From Eremomyces bilateralis CBS 781.70 (taxonomy: Eukaryota), in the NCBI GenBank assembly GCA_010015585.1, contig ML975152.1: a stretch of DNA of 64,000 nt. One strand, written 5' to 3'. This document shows, piece after piece, positions 27,786 to 40,294 of the stretch (within the stretch, counting starts at the first letter, position 1; each line of letters begins with the position of its first letter). The translations under genes and the position numbers were made by a program. The notes beneath the pieces are model-generated. The model was given only the letters and a program-made list of their open reading frames with translations. It was not told the DNA's origin and searched no databases.

Positions 27786-28563
27786 GTTGGAGTTATGGAA
27801 GGCAGAGGGGACTTCGATTGGCGCAGTGCATCACCTATTCGGCATTGCTTTTCAATGGGTATATTACTGCTGGACCGTAACAAATCGGAATACGGAATGT
27901 TTTAACATTTGACCAACTAAGGTACGTACCATCTGGGCGTGCTGGGATATCAAGATTCGAGTGTAGACCCTCCCTAGTCCCTCGTCTCCACATTGGCAAT
28001 GCTGATACAGGGTCAACATCACCCTCATATTTCACGCATTGCGTCTCCTCAGAGCTACTACAGCTAAGATTTCCGTATTAACTATTAAGTATAGGTACGG
28101 AGCACGCAGACAGAGTACTATAATTACAATACCGGTAACCCGTACGGTAATTGCGTAGAAAGAGCTATTATTCCTAGCTTCCGTCTATAGACTCTAATCC
28201 TCTACAATTCCAACGGCTCTTCCCCGTCTACCTTTGAAAGTCGATGAAGCATCTGTCTAAGCTAGATCTAGTGAATCTTGTGTTGAAGTTATCCCCTCCC
28301 ATGCGCCTGGTATATCCCGAATCCTCAAACTTCCTCTAATGCCGGATAATCGTCGAAGCCCAATGTTGAACGGGCTTCCGAGGATGCATCAGGCGCAGCT
28401 GTTGAACCATAGATCCAAGCGAGCTGAATGCCGGTGTATATGTATGCTGCGTGATAAAGGGCATTGGCCGCGGCCGGATCGACGCGGCTGCGAGCCCATG
28501 GAGAGCAAGCTGCCTACCATGAAAAAGCACCGCTGACAATTCTTGGAAATCTCCGTCCAAAAG

Positions 28564-31500
28564 TTACTCTATAGGATCCACTGGAGCGCAACTGCAGAAC
28601 AGATTGGTGTCGCCGTACGCTGCGAAACCGTCAGTATACCTTCAATGCCACTCAAAGTACGTCACTCACCATCATCCAACCTCGCCACGGTGGGCCAGAA
28701 CTTCTTCTCCCTCAAATATGACAGCGGATACGCCGCCCGCTCTCGCTCGTACGGACGGTCCCAAGTGCTCCTCAGCAAATCCTTCTGCGTATGCGGCGCC
28801 ATCTTCAGCAAATTGTTCGTTTTCGGCTGCGCCCCTTTTTCGATCTCCGCGATTTCCTTGCGAATGGAGATCAGCGCATCGCAGAACCGATCCAGCTCCT
28901 CCTTACTTTCGCTCTCCGTCGGCTCGATCATCATCGTGTTGGCGACGGGCCAGCTCATCGTGGGCGAATGGAACCCGTAATCCTGCAGCCGTTTGGCGAT
29001 GTCGATGACTTCGATGCCGGCGGATTTTTGGAAGGGGCTAAGGTCCAAGATGAACTCGTGGGCGCAGCGTCCGGCGGGATTCGTGTAAAGAATCCCATAG
29101 TGCGGCTTGAGGCGAGAGAGGATGTAGTTGGCGTTGAGAAGGGTGATCTTGGTGGCATGGGTGAGACCCCGACCTCCCATCATCTTAATATATGCCCAGC
29201 TGATGGGAAGGATGCTGGCGCTACCCCATGGAGCCCCGCTGACCGGTGGAATGGCCAGCTCGCCGCCAGTTGGGACGAGGGGATGGCCTGGAAGGAACGG
29301 AGCAAGGTGCGATTTGACACCGATAGGGCCAACACCAGGGCCGCCGCCTCCATGAGGGATGCAGAAGGTCTTGTGAAGGTTGAGATGGCAGACGTCCGCT
29401 CCAATCTCTCCGGGGGAGCAGAGACCAATTTGAGCGTTCATGTTGGCTCCGTCCATGTAGACCTGGCCGCCATGTTGATGAACGATCTCGCACACCTCCT
29501 TGACGCTCGGTTCGAAGACGCCGAACGTGCTGGGATACGTGACCATGATGGCACCCAGCTCTTCGCTGTACTTCGCACATTTGACCTTGAGGTCTTCCAT
29601 GTCTAAGTTTCCAGTGCCCGTGTCGCACTTGATGGTTACGACGCGCATACCAGCCATTGCGGCACTCGCTGGATTGGTCCCGTGTGCGGAGACGGGAATC
29701 AAGCAGATGTCTCGTTTCTTGCCCGGCTGCTGATCGTGGAACTTCCTGATCACACGCAGGCCTGCAAACTCGCCCTGCGCCCCTGAATTCGGTTGCAACG
29801 ATACGGCATCGAACCCGGTAATTTCGGCCAGATCATTCTCCAGCTCCTTCACCATAGTTGCGTAACCTTGTGCTTGATCGACCGGGACGAAAGGGTGGAT
29901 CGATGAGAACTCGGGCCACGAGACCGGAGCCATTTCCGTGGTGGCGTTTAATTTCATCGTACATGAGCCAAGGGGAATCATGGAGTGGGTGAGAGAAAGG
30001 TCCTTCGACTGGAGATGATGGATGTATCGGAGCAGCTCGGTTTCTGAGTGGTGTGTGTTGAAAACGGGATGGGTAAGGTAGTCCGATGTTCGGTCGAAAG
30101 CGCTAATTTGTTGAGAGGATATAAGTTCTGATGCAATAGCTTCAATGTCAGTAGCTTTGGGTTCGATGCTGAACTGCCGGAAAATGTCCACGACATCTTG
30201 TAGATCCTCCTTTTCTACCGTCTCGTCGACGGTGATACCAATTCGAGTGTCATCAACCTTTCGTAAGTTGATGCCTTTGTTCTCCACTGCCCAGCTCAGG
30301 ACCTCGCTGGCGCTGGCTTTAGAATTGCTGAGATCCACAACCATGGTGTCGAATGCAACTGGGCCGAATGCGTCCTGTGAAGTATTTGAGCCGACAGTGT
30401 AGCCGAGCTGAGATATGGCATTTTGGAGGGTTCTTGCGAGCAACTGGATTCGGTGAGCAATAGCCTTCAGTCCCACCGGACCGTGATAGATGGCGTAGAA
30501 AGCGCTCATATTCGCCAACAAAGCTTGAGCGGTGCAGATATTGCTCGTCGCCTTTTCTCTTCGAATATGCTGTTCGCGAGTTTGGAGCGCCAATCTCGCG
30601 GCGCTGTCGCCCAATCGATCCTTCGACAGACCGACCAGACGCGCAGGAATCTTCCTCTTATGCTTCTCACTGCAAGCAAAGAATGCGGCGTGAGGTCCGC
30701 CATAACCGAAAGGAACACCGAACCGCTGGGCGTTGCCAAAGGCGACGTCGGCTCCGAACTCGCCCGGCGGCTTCAGCACCGTCAGAGCGAGGAGGTCGGT
30801 CGCGACGCTCACGGTTCCTCCCATCTGGTGTACAATGTCAGACAAATTTTGGAAGTCGTCGGTGCCGCCAGTCGTGTTTGGGTATTGCACCAAGACACCA
30901 ACAAGGTCATCTCCCAGTTCCTTGACCGCCTTGCAGCCGTCCTCGAGGGGATCACCTGTAATGATCTTGATCCCGAAGCCTTCGGCGCGTGCGTGAAGCA
31001 CAGAAATGGTCTGTGGGTGGCATAGGTTCGAGACAAAGTAAGCCTTGTTCTGCCGTCTTAATCGCGATGTTGGTAAAGCGTTCAGCGACAGTGTCATCGC
31101 CTCCGCAGCAGCTGTGGGCTCATCCAAGACCGAAGCATTTGCGATGGCCAGGCCAGTCATGTCGGACACCATGGTCTGGAAGTTGAGCAGCGACTCCAAC
31201 CTCCCTTGGCTGATTTCCGGCTGATACGGGGTGTAGCTAGTATACCAGCCCGGCCCTTCCAAGACATTTCGCTTGATCACCTCCGGGACGTTCGTTCCCG
31301 CATATCCACAACCGATGTAACTCCTTAGGACCTTGTTTCCCGACGCAATGGTCCGCAGGCGCGCAAGAAGCTGTGTCTCGGAGTATCCTTCCGAATCCGA
31401 AGTGGACTTTCCGTTCCCAAGTTCAATCTTCAGGTCCCTTGATGACAGGATGTCTTGGGGGAGAACCTGCTTCACGAACTCATCAAGGCTCGCTGCCGGG

Positions 31501-31796
31501 GGATCGAGAGCCTTGAGCATTTCATCCGCGGAGGCGCTATCTGGGCCAACATGTCGTCGGACGAAGGTGTCGACCGGTGCAAGAGGGGATTGGGCACCAG
31601 CCTTGGTCGTGAAAGGATCGTGTTCCTTGGTCTCGGCGGTCGAACTCGTGTAGAACGTCCTCGTCGCTCGAACGGGACGAATACCCGCTGGGCGTCTGCC
31701 TAAGTGACACAGTCTGCGTGAGGTCGTGGCGGTTCTGGAGGCTGTGAGAACCGCCGTCGACGTCGACGCCGTGAGGCATCGTAAGGAGGCTTGCAT
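28564..31796 (-). CDS. GCV2: Glycine decarboxylase (glycine cleavage P protein)
   Basis: Mitochondrial presequence, YTPYQPEISQGRLE, ATSNICTAQ, PLP motif HLNLHKTF, PHGGGGPG; intron 28669-28620, last exon AYGDTNLFCSCAPVDPIE*. Confidence 0.97.
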
Positions 31797-32478
31797 CTTG
31801 ACTAGAAAGACCTCCTCTGGGGTCAGATAGCCTCTGGCGAGCTCCGGAACTACTCAATTGCCTGGGAACACCTTCGTTTGAGATACAGTAGCCAGCGAGG
31901 TTCGGTATTTGATGCTAGAGAGAGGAATTTAGGTAAATAAAACTTGGTTTAAGCGCATAAAGTCGGGTGTTCTCCTACGTTTACAGTTTGCCGACCTTCG
32001 GAGGGAAGTGCTTTACTCAAAGTTCCGCCGATAAGCGGAGAACGAATCAGAATATGCCGATACTCTCAATTGAGTTTGATTTCACCGCTGCGAGGAAATA
32101 GTCAAGGAATATGTTGGGTCTCTCCAGGCCCCGATGCAGGAGAATTGCATAAGAACTTGCATCATCCCGACGCATCCATATGACCGGGAACTCTCGGGCG
32201 ATAGAAATTGTAACAGCGGTGTCCACCGTCCGCCCTCCACAGCCCACAGTAAAAGTTCAACGGGACATGGATCTGGACCTTGGCGACAACTAGTGAGAGT
32301 GGCGGCTCCTCAAGCCAAAGTCCGAAACTTGGATGCGACCGAATTACAATAAAACCGGCGAATCAAACCCGCTTCCGAATGATGTCAAGTTTGTCCAACT
32401 CACAACTGAGGTGTGGGACAAGGAGTGTGCAGGGAAGCTCTCGGTTTGACCGTTTGAATGTTTGATTAGTGGCTAGAT

Positions 32479-32649
32479 CACGTGCTTGCATAGGCATAGT
32501 AGCTTAGTCATCCTCTCTCGCCGAGTCCCTGAACCCTGGTCAGCCACGTGATATCAAATTGATTCGGCGAATGAGGTTCGCGCACGTGAAAGTGGGACAT
32601 AAACCTCGCCGCCTTGTAGCCTTGCACATCGAGGCTCCAGCTCCACGTG
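32479..32649. promoter_or_regulatory. Cluster of four CACGTG E-boxes upstream of GCV2
   Basis: CACGTG at 32479, 32545, 32583 and 32644; two have the ATCACGTG context. Confidence 0.5.
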
Positions 32650-32795
32650 CTCTCGGCTCCTCTCCCCACTTCCCTAATCACCCCTTGCAGTCTTGCGTGC
32701 ACATCGCCTGTCAATTACTAGATTCAGACTGGATAATACACTATCGATACAAGATTCCAAGTCACCAATGATAGGTATGACCTAACAGGCACGCT

Positions 32796-35700
32796 TCAAA
32801 TGCTCGCTCTCCTCCCGGCTGTGCGTCTCAAATGTCCCTTCTCCTCCGTCCCCGTCAGCCCCGGGATCTCCCCCTGCTCCCTCAGCTCCTCCACGAACCG
32901 TCGTCCATATTCGTATCCCGCCATGTAAATCGCCTCGAAGCTGCCGAACTCCAGCGTCCCAAATCGATCAACATCCGGGCGCATGTAGTGACACCCGGGC
33001 ATGTTCTTCGCTCGCTCGAGCGCGTCGACGCTTGAGACGTATGCCAGCCGGCTTTGGATCTCCGAAAGCGTGGGCGGATTTGGGGTCGAGGATAAGGGGT
33101 TCCATCGGTTCAGGAGAGCCCAGAGCCCGGACAGCGAATCCCCGAAATTCTGCGGCGTGTCGTCGTCTATGCTTCCCACGTCCACGGCGAAGATGACATC
33201 GGCACCCAGAGACTTCATGTGCGCCACGGTTAAATTGTCAACGTAGCCACCGTCAAGAAGCAGGTTGCCTTCGTCGCACAACGGAGGCAGCAACCCTGCG
33301 AGCGACATTGACGCCCTCACGTACCGCCATGCATACCCACTGGCGTGGATCTCCGGCCGGCTCTTCGAGATGTTCGTGCTGTTGCAATAGAACGGGATCC
33401 AGAAGTCTTCGATCTGCGCATTGCCAAACGTCTTGAAGATTCCCCGGTTGAATTCGTGTCCGGTGGTGTATGATGCCGTGGGATACGTCGCGTCTAGCAA
33501 GAACCGCCAAAAACTGGCCATGCGGCCCGAGAACTTCTTCGCTTTGCCGAGCGTCGGGATGATGTCCGCATCCCACGCATAGAGTCCGCCGACCAACGAT
33601 CCGATCGAAGTACCGCCGATGATGTCGATGGGGATGCCGGATTCCTCCAACGCTCGGAGAATGCCAACATGGGCACAGCCTCGTGCTCCACCGCCACCTA
33701 AAACAAGCCCAATGGATTTTCCCCGCAAATGCCGCGCCAGGCGATGAAAGTCGCTCTTAGAAGGCGCTTCGGAGGTATATAGTGGCCTACGAGGAGGTTT
33801 TCGCGCTGCATACTTCTGGATTTGGTCTTGGATGACTTGCACCCGCTGTTTCAATGCGGACCCGAACCGTCTGTTCTGGGAGCTCACTGGCTCGGACGGC
33901 AATTGGTGGGACATATGCACATGGTGATGTGCGCCGTTGATCCAGGACCGGTTCTGAAGCCACTTTCGAGTCAGGCCGGGGGGGCAGTATCGCTCAGGAT
34001 GCAGAAGGACAAGCTCTTTGATGGCTGTGGTTTTGGTTGTGAGCAAGAATCTTTCATACTCCCCGATATTTGGAGAACCATCCGCCAGACCAACCAGTAA
34101 GATGCAGTCCGCCTTACTCACGCAGGTCTGCGTCCAGGGTGACTGGACGCTGGTATCCGCAACGTACAACACGATGCCAAATTTCTCCTCGAGATCGGCG
34201 AGATACTGCGATAGCTTCAGTTTTCCCATGCGGTTGAAAGCGTGACGGCCAAGATGTTGCAGGATCGTTGTCTGATTCAGCGATGCGACGCCACTTGGCG
34301 TACCAATCTGGATCAGCGCGGTCGTCAGTCGACTCGCGAACTCAACCACGGGTATCCCGGACGTCACGGGCAAGATGGCGATGGTCCTAAGGTTTTCGGT
34401 TGAGGATGAATTCGTTCGAGCGACCGCAGCCCTTCGATCGGTCCCCATCTCTTCAATCAAGGACCTCATTCTCCTGGCAATGATCTTCGATATCTTCATC
34501 GAGACCCCTGTATGCTCGAAAGCCAAGCTGTTGAACAGGGTCTTGGGAAACTTGGCCAGCTCCGCGTCTCGGATGGCGTGGAGCGACGCTGGTCTGTCGT
34601 TGTCCGTGAGCACTTCTAGTTCTCCAACACTATCTCCTTGGGCGTATTCTCCGAGCACGGAAACGGCGCCCGAATCGGATTCGTGGAGAGCGCGCAATCG
34701 ACCGTTCAGCACAATGTAAATTGCATCGCTTTCCTCGCCCTGATTGTAAATGACTTGGCCGGCATTGGCTTGCATCCACTCCAATGCAAAATCCACGTGC
34801 AAGATAAGCTGAGGAAGCAACGCCGTGAGCCTCTTTGCCAGAGTCAGAAGGACAATGGGGTGTTTCTCGACGATACGCTCCACTGCGCTCCGGGACAAGA
34901 ATCCAACAAAGACGTCGGACTTGGCGGTCACCTCCACGAGCGAGCGGTAGTTTGACACTGATCCAATGTAACCTGCAACCCCTCCCGGCTTTATGAGGTA
35001 TAAATGTTCGCGGCCTCTCGGTGCATTTTGCTTCTCGGAGTTCGTGCGATCCGGCCGCTGTCTGGACGGCTTTTTACTAGCGTTCAAAAGCGACTCCCGT
35101 GATTCTCGAGCGGTTCTAGCCGGCGTTCTTTCAGGGATGTCCACTATCACATCACCGTCTGTGACGATCGAGACTTCCAGAAACCCGTCAATGACATAAT
35201 ACAACCCTGGATTGCGCTCTCCTTGCTCGACGAGCACCGCGTTCTTGGGGAAAAACAGGATCTCAACGTCATTGACGAGCTCTTCAAAAATATTGCCGGG
35301 ACCCTCGACGCTCAAGGCGGAGATTGAGGTGGATCGCATTGACTCGGTATCGAAGTCGAAAGCAGAGGTTTCGTAGGGATCCATCAGGCCAAATGCACTG
35401 TGGAATACTGCTTTCTGCTTCTTCGCATCAAATGACACCAACCGTGGAGACTGCTCGTGAGATGGTGCTACTTTTGACGTGGAGATATTTGTCAGCCCAA
35501 TAGTCTTGCAGAAGCAGTCCAAAATCGCTTCTCGGAATACGGTGTCCTCATCGGTTGACTCCTGTCCGACAGGCGCGATGTTTCCACGTGCAAAGTAATC
35601 GGCGTCTTTGGATGCTTCTCGACGGGGTACATTGGGAGTGTGAATCGGCGTTGAAAATGACGGCCGAGGCGTTCTGCCGCTGGCGAGTAAGTCGCCAGCA

Positions 35701-37223
35701 CTGACACCGTGTCTGTCCATTGGAGATAATTCTCTGCCGATGGGACTCATCCGGTCAAGCATAACGGACCCTGATCGACCCTGATGCAGTCTCGACCGGA
35801 TGCTCGCGTCACGTTTGCCCGCGTTCGAAGCTTTTCTTCGCATTCCTGTCCGTGGGTTATGCAGAGCAATGCCTTTCGTGGCATCCTCCGGAGCGATCCG
35901 CTCCCTCTCCTCAGAAAACTTTTCCTTCAACCGATTCAACGCGCCGTCTCGCAGGTAATCCGGTAGCTCGCATGTGGTCAACCGGCTCAAGCTCTTCTCG
36001 GTCCGTAGAATTTCTTTTGCGAGCCCAAGATAAGCATATCCGGTAGCGAGAGTGACCCGATTCAGACGAGATATGATAACGGATATTACCTGAGCGGTGG
36101 ATTTCGGATATATTCGGGTCAAACGCCGGAACGCAGACGCCGGTATAATGGCAATCGTGCTATCAACGGTTGCGCGAGCCAGAATATTTGGGTGCACGGA
36201 CTTTGCTTGCCGATATGCTTCCGCCTGAGCTTGCCCGACGTCTTCGCTAGATTTCTCGAGCGAAAGGGGAGGGATGCTGGGCATCCTCCCTTCGCCTAGC
36301 ATGCTGGATGATCGTCGGGCGCGTGAGAACCCTTTTATTGCTGTCGGGCTCTGCGGGTACACCGGGGTCGAAGGAATGGAGTCGGGGGTGGATTGCGAAT
36401 GCACGACAGCTTCTCGTGATATTGGACGCTGACTGGAGCCATTCGCAGGGTCCATGCCTTCATGCTTCAGTTTGATTTCCTCGGTGAAAAGGGATAGTAT
36501 GGTAAAAAGCGACGACATCGGAGCGCCACTTTTGACTTCGGTCAGTAATTGATATCCTTGCTTCTGCCCTTGTAGATCGTCTTCGCTTTCGTCGTCAGAC
36601 AGCTCGGACCCAGTATCATCGTTTTTTGACTTGAGGAATATTTGGACTAGCCCCTCAACAACTAGGCAGAACCCTTGCTCCTCTTCCAGCAGCAACGTCT
36701 CTCCGGCCATGAGCTTCCTTGTGTGCATAGTCCTGGTGAGTTCATGGAAGACTGGACGCTCAAGGTAACCAAAGACTTTGATAGCACTAAGAAACTCATC
36801 CAAATAGTTGGAAAGGCCTGGTTTGGAATCTCCTTCCGAGGTAGCAGGGAACAACTCGATTTGCGGTTCATCGCGTTGCGGTTCCGGTGGTAGTCGCTCA
36901 TACATATTCATGTATCGGTATCGGACCACCCAGCTGACAATGGATGCAAAGCATAGGAGTATCAGTAACAAAGTCGTAAAGTTCAGAGTAAAGGTCAGAG
37001 ACGTAGAAAAGACTGTGTAGAGTGTTGCAGGGAGGGATATAGTGAGAAACGTGAGCAGAGCCAGGACTGCTCCTCCAAACAGCCCAAGAGAGGTTGTATT
37101 ATGGGGTACAACAGCCATCGCTGGATTAATGGAGGATGTCGCCTCCGACACGGTATCAATGGCCGTGGAATAGGCGTCTGCAATGTCCACCGACGAAGCA
37201 GAAGTGAGCAGTGAGCTCTCCAT
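32796..37223 (-). CDS. NTE1: Lysophospholipase NTE1 (cNMP-binding domains plus patatin domain), intronless
   Basis: N-terminal TM segments, [19 protein letters not shown], patatin motifs GGGGARG, GTSIG, DGG; first ATG at 37223. Confidence 0.96.
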   Translation of the reverse strand: MESSLLTSASSVDIADAYSTAIDTVSEATSSINPAMAVVPHNTTSLGLFGGAVLALLTFLTISLPATLYTVFSTSLTFTLNFTTLLLILLCFASIVSWVVRYRYMNMYERLPPEPQRDEPQIELFPATSEGDSKPGLSNYLDEFLSAIKVFGYLERPVFHELTRTMHTRKLMAGETLLLEEEQGFCLVVEGLVQIFLKSKNDDTGSELSDDESEDDLQGQKQGYQLLTEVKSGAPMSSLFTILSLFTEEIKLKHEGMDPANGSSQRPISREAVVHSQSTPDSIPSTPVYPQSPTAIKGFSRARRSSSMLGEGRMPSIPPLSLEKSSEDVGQAQAEAYRQAKSVHPNILARATVDSTIAIIPASAFRRLTRIYPKSTAQVISVIISRLNRVTLATGYAYLGLAKEILRTEKSLSRLTTCELPDYLRDGALNRLKEKFSEERERIAPEDATKGIALHNPRTGMRRKASNAGKRDASIRSRLHQGRSGSVMLDRMSPIGRELSPMDRHGVSAGDLLASGRTPRPSFSTPIHTPNVPRREASKDADYFARGNIAPVGQESTDEDTVFREAILDCFCKTIGLTNISTSKVAPSHEQSPRLVSFDAKKQKAVFHSAFGLMDPYETSAFDFDTESMRSTSISALSVEGPGNIFEELVNDVEILFFPKNAVLVEQGERNPGLYYVIDGFLEVSIVTDGDVIVDIPERTPARTARESRESLLNASKKPSRQRPDRTNSEKQNAPRGREHLYLIKPGGVAGYIGSVSNYRSLVEVTAKSDVFVGFLSRSAVERIVEKHPIVLLTLAKRLTALLPQLILHVDFALEWMQANAGQVIYNQGEESDAIYIVLNGRLRALHESDSGAVSVLGEYAQGDSVGELEVLTDNDRPASLHAIRDAELAKFPKTLFNSLAFEHTGVSMKISKIIARRMRSLIEEMGTDRRAAVARTNSSSTENLRTIAILPVTSGIPVVEFASRLTTALIQIGTPSGVASLNQTTILQHLGRHAFNRMGKLKLSQYLADLEEKFGIVLYVADTSVQSPWTQTCVSKADCILLVGLADGSPNIGEYERFLLTTKTTAIKELVLLHPERYCPPGLTRKWLQNRSWINGAHHHVHMSHQLPSEPVSSQNRRFGSALKQRVQVIQDQIQKYAARKPPRRPLYTSEAPSKSDFHRLARHLRGKSIGLVLGGGGARGCAHVGILRALEESGIPIDIIGGTSIGSLVGGLYAWDADIIPTLGKAKKFSGRMASFWRFLLDATYPTASYTTGHEFNRGIFKTFGNAQIEDFWIPFYCNSTNISKSRPEIHASGYAWRYVRASMSLAGLLPPLCDEGNLLLDGGYVDNLTVAHMKSLGADVIFAVDVGSIDDDTPQNFGDSLSGLWALLNRWNPLSSTPNPPTLSEIQSRLAYVSSVDALERAKNMPGCHYMRPDVDRFGTLEFGSFEAIYMAGYEYGRRFVEELREQGEIPGLTGTEEKGHLRRTAGRRASI

Positions 37224-37958
37224 GGTCAACAGGATGTTGAAGCTCTATCTATACTTGTCTTGGCGTGAGTGCGTCAACTTGAGGACGTGTGGGCGGGTAA
37301 GCCCGGTGCTGCGACTGGTATGTGGCATAAGAGTGTCCCAAGGTTTCAAGTTACGGTAGATACCAGGATAGCAAGACGATCGGTAGAAATGCAGAGGCGG
37401 AGGAACGTGGGACATTCAAACGTTGGAAACGCGTCCTCACTGGAGTGGAGAACCCTCCACTGCATGCAGATTGTTGGACTTGGAATGCCGGGGCTGGAAG
37501 AAAGAGGCAGGTCACATGATTCGCTCGACCCCAATAGAAAATTAAAATAGCACTGCCACACGTGCACTCCTCTTTCTGGACGCCATAGTTTGATGACCGC
37601 GCCACGAGCTAACCGCATCAGGATAGCCTTCTTCACGTCGCGATCCATCCGCCATGGCTCGTCCTTCTCAACAACGGAAGAGCCATCAGAACGCCAAAAC
37701 TGATTACGCCTACCACGACAAAGGAACCCTCGGCCGCTCCATCAGGCGCGAGCAAGCGCGGAAATCTGAATAGAATAACCCTGAGAATAAGGTCGAGATT
37801 CTTACCAAGTGAGTGCAATCCCCCAACCCCAGCGATTGGATGAGTTCCTCGTCGCAATTGTGAAATGTTATGATAATCTGTTCTATGATTCAACCTTCTT
37901 AACGCTGCATATCATTCGCAAACTCATGCGCTTTGCTGACCATCGTAATTGAAACAGG

Positions 37959-39910
37959 ATGCCTTCTACTTTCCGCGACGATTCAATCATCGTAAGTTGG
38001 ACTTCATTTCCCGCTTGAACATGGAATAAACTAACTCGGGCCCAAGATCATCGCACCGGGTTCTAAGACGACATGGGCGCTCTCCGGTCTTCCAGAGTCC
38101 TATGGCCCTCCCCAACATCAATTCCGTACCTGCATGTTCAAGGACCGCGATGACAAGTGGAGCCCGGTCCGCTACCGTCTCAAGCCTGGAGGCACCGATA
38201 TCAACAACGACGACGATGTGGAAGAAGACCCCACCTCTACCGAGGGCGCATGCTGGCCTATCCAAAATGGCATTATTGTGAATATGGAGTGCCTCGTGGC
38301 CTTGCTCACTCACGTCTATAACTCATTTCATCAGATGTCCATCAGCACCCCAGTTCTGCTCGTCATCGACCCCATCTGGAGCATCAAGAACCGCACTGAG
38401 CTCAGCAACTACTTCTTCGCGGCGCTCAAGATCCCAGCGCTATGGATGATGGATTCTGCTCTGGCCACGCAGCACGGCTTCTCCTCGACAGCGACGCTTG
38501 TGGTCGACATTGGCTACCAGAAGACAGACATCACCCCAGTTGTTGAACATAAAATCCAACACATGCATCGAATCCGAGGGTTTACAGAACAAAGCGGGGA
38601 CGTCATCACGAAACATCTCCATAGCCTCCTGAGCCCTAAGGGGTTCACCTATGACATGTGCGAGCAGATGAAGAAGAGCGGCATTGTCCAGGTTCTCCTT
38701 CAGGGCACACCGATTCCAGGAGCCAAATCCACAGGCGATTCGGAGCCCAACGAGCAGACTGATGCCGGAGCAAATGGCGCTCCATCAACCGCACCTGCGC
38801 CTGAGATCGTCCCGCAGTCTTCTCTGTTGCAGCAGAATCTAGATGGTGATGAGGAACCATTCAAGGCTGAAGACAATGAAGGTGTGCTCGACGTGGCCAG
38901 TCTTGTCACTGGAGATAAAATGGCCGAGTTCCTTGCCGAGAAAGAGAGAGAAAAGGCTGAGAAGGCGGCCAAGGCGAAGAAGGCAGGGGAAGCTGCCAAG
39001 AAATCGAAGAACACTGGTCTGAAAGAGAAGGCATCGTTCACGTATGAGGAATGGGTTCATGGGAAAAACGAAGTCGCCGCTCCGAATCTCGGTACGGATG
39101 ACTCTGCAAGTGGAGGTGCTGCAAATGGTGACAGCAACGGTGCTACCAACGGCCAAACGGAACCAGTTGTAGTCCGGCAAGCCGGCTCGATGCAGTTGAT
39201 CCGACGAGAGATTGAAGTCGGTGCTGAGCGTTTCATGGCGCTTGATGACAATTTCCTCGACGAGCTTTGCTGGGCTATCTATCGTTCAGTCCAAGGCTGC
39301 GAACCGCAACACCGCGCCCGCCTCTGGGAGAATATCGGTCTCGTGGGTCAAGGCTCCAAGATTAAAGGTTAGTGCCCCACGGCGCGTCCGGTTGATCATG
39401 GGCACATCTAACAACGTCTTAGGTCTCAAGGAATCGATTCATGCTACCCTGATTCGCAAATATCTTATCTCCCCGTCTTCCGCAACCATGTTCACATCCG
39501 AGCTTCCGTCCAACTTCTCCACTCCGACCGGCACCGGAGCCAACACCCCGCAGCCTCAAGCCGGTGGACATGGCGGCAGCTCTCTCTTGCAGGCCGCCAC
39601 GATTGGCCAGGCAAACCAAGTCGTTGGCCAGTCGGCACTGCCGGCTTTCAATGCCCTCGCCATCCCATCTTTTAACACCATCGCGCCGTCTAGCCAAACC
39701 CCAACGAAGTTTGGCTTTGCCAAAATCCCGGATTATTTCTCCGCCATGAAGGACTCTCCCGAGCACGCCGCCTTCCTCGGTGCCCAGGTCGCTGCGAAAG
39801 GCATCTTTCATTCGACGTTGCAACAGGGCGATCGCGTTCACATGTCGAGGCAGGAGTTCAACGAGCACGGACCCGCGTACATCGGCGAACTATATTGCTA
39901 TGAATACTGA
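37959..39910 (+). CDS. ARP9: Actin-related chromatin-remodelling subunit (RSC/SWI-SNF), Arp9-like
   Basis: MPSTFRDDSII|IIAPGSKTT..GLPES, WPIQNG, VVDIGYQKTDITP, CEQMKKS, GVLDVASLV, RKYLISPSSATMFTSELPS; introns 37992-38046 and 39368-39422. Confidence 0.82.
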
Positions 39911-40294
39911 GTTCTGTGGCGGCTGGTTTGGTCGTGACCACGGGTCAGCATCGTCTTCCAGGTGTTTAGGTTGGAAATTGGCTCGAGCCACCTCTTTGGG
40001 CATCCCGAGTGATTCACGAGGCGAATTCGAGGCGAATTGGAGGTTCTTTCGGCTATAAGCCATCATATCATGGCCTCGAGGTTCGAGGGTTGATGGGCAT
40101 CGCAACTCCGCAAGGTCATTAGCACCGCACGGTCATTATGCACGTCATGGCGGCTTTTAATGGGCCGGATTGTATAAATATACCCAGGGCATAAATAGCG
40201 TGAACTGACCGTTTCTTCAAATGAAAATTACGATGCAACTTGATGTTTGACGTGAGTGACGTGACGCTTTTCCGAAGTCGTGCGCCCAAGAACC

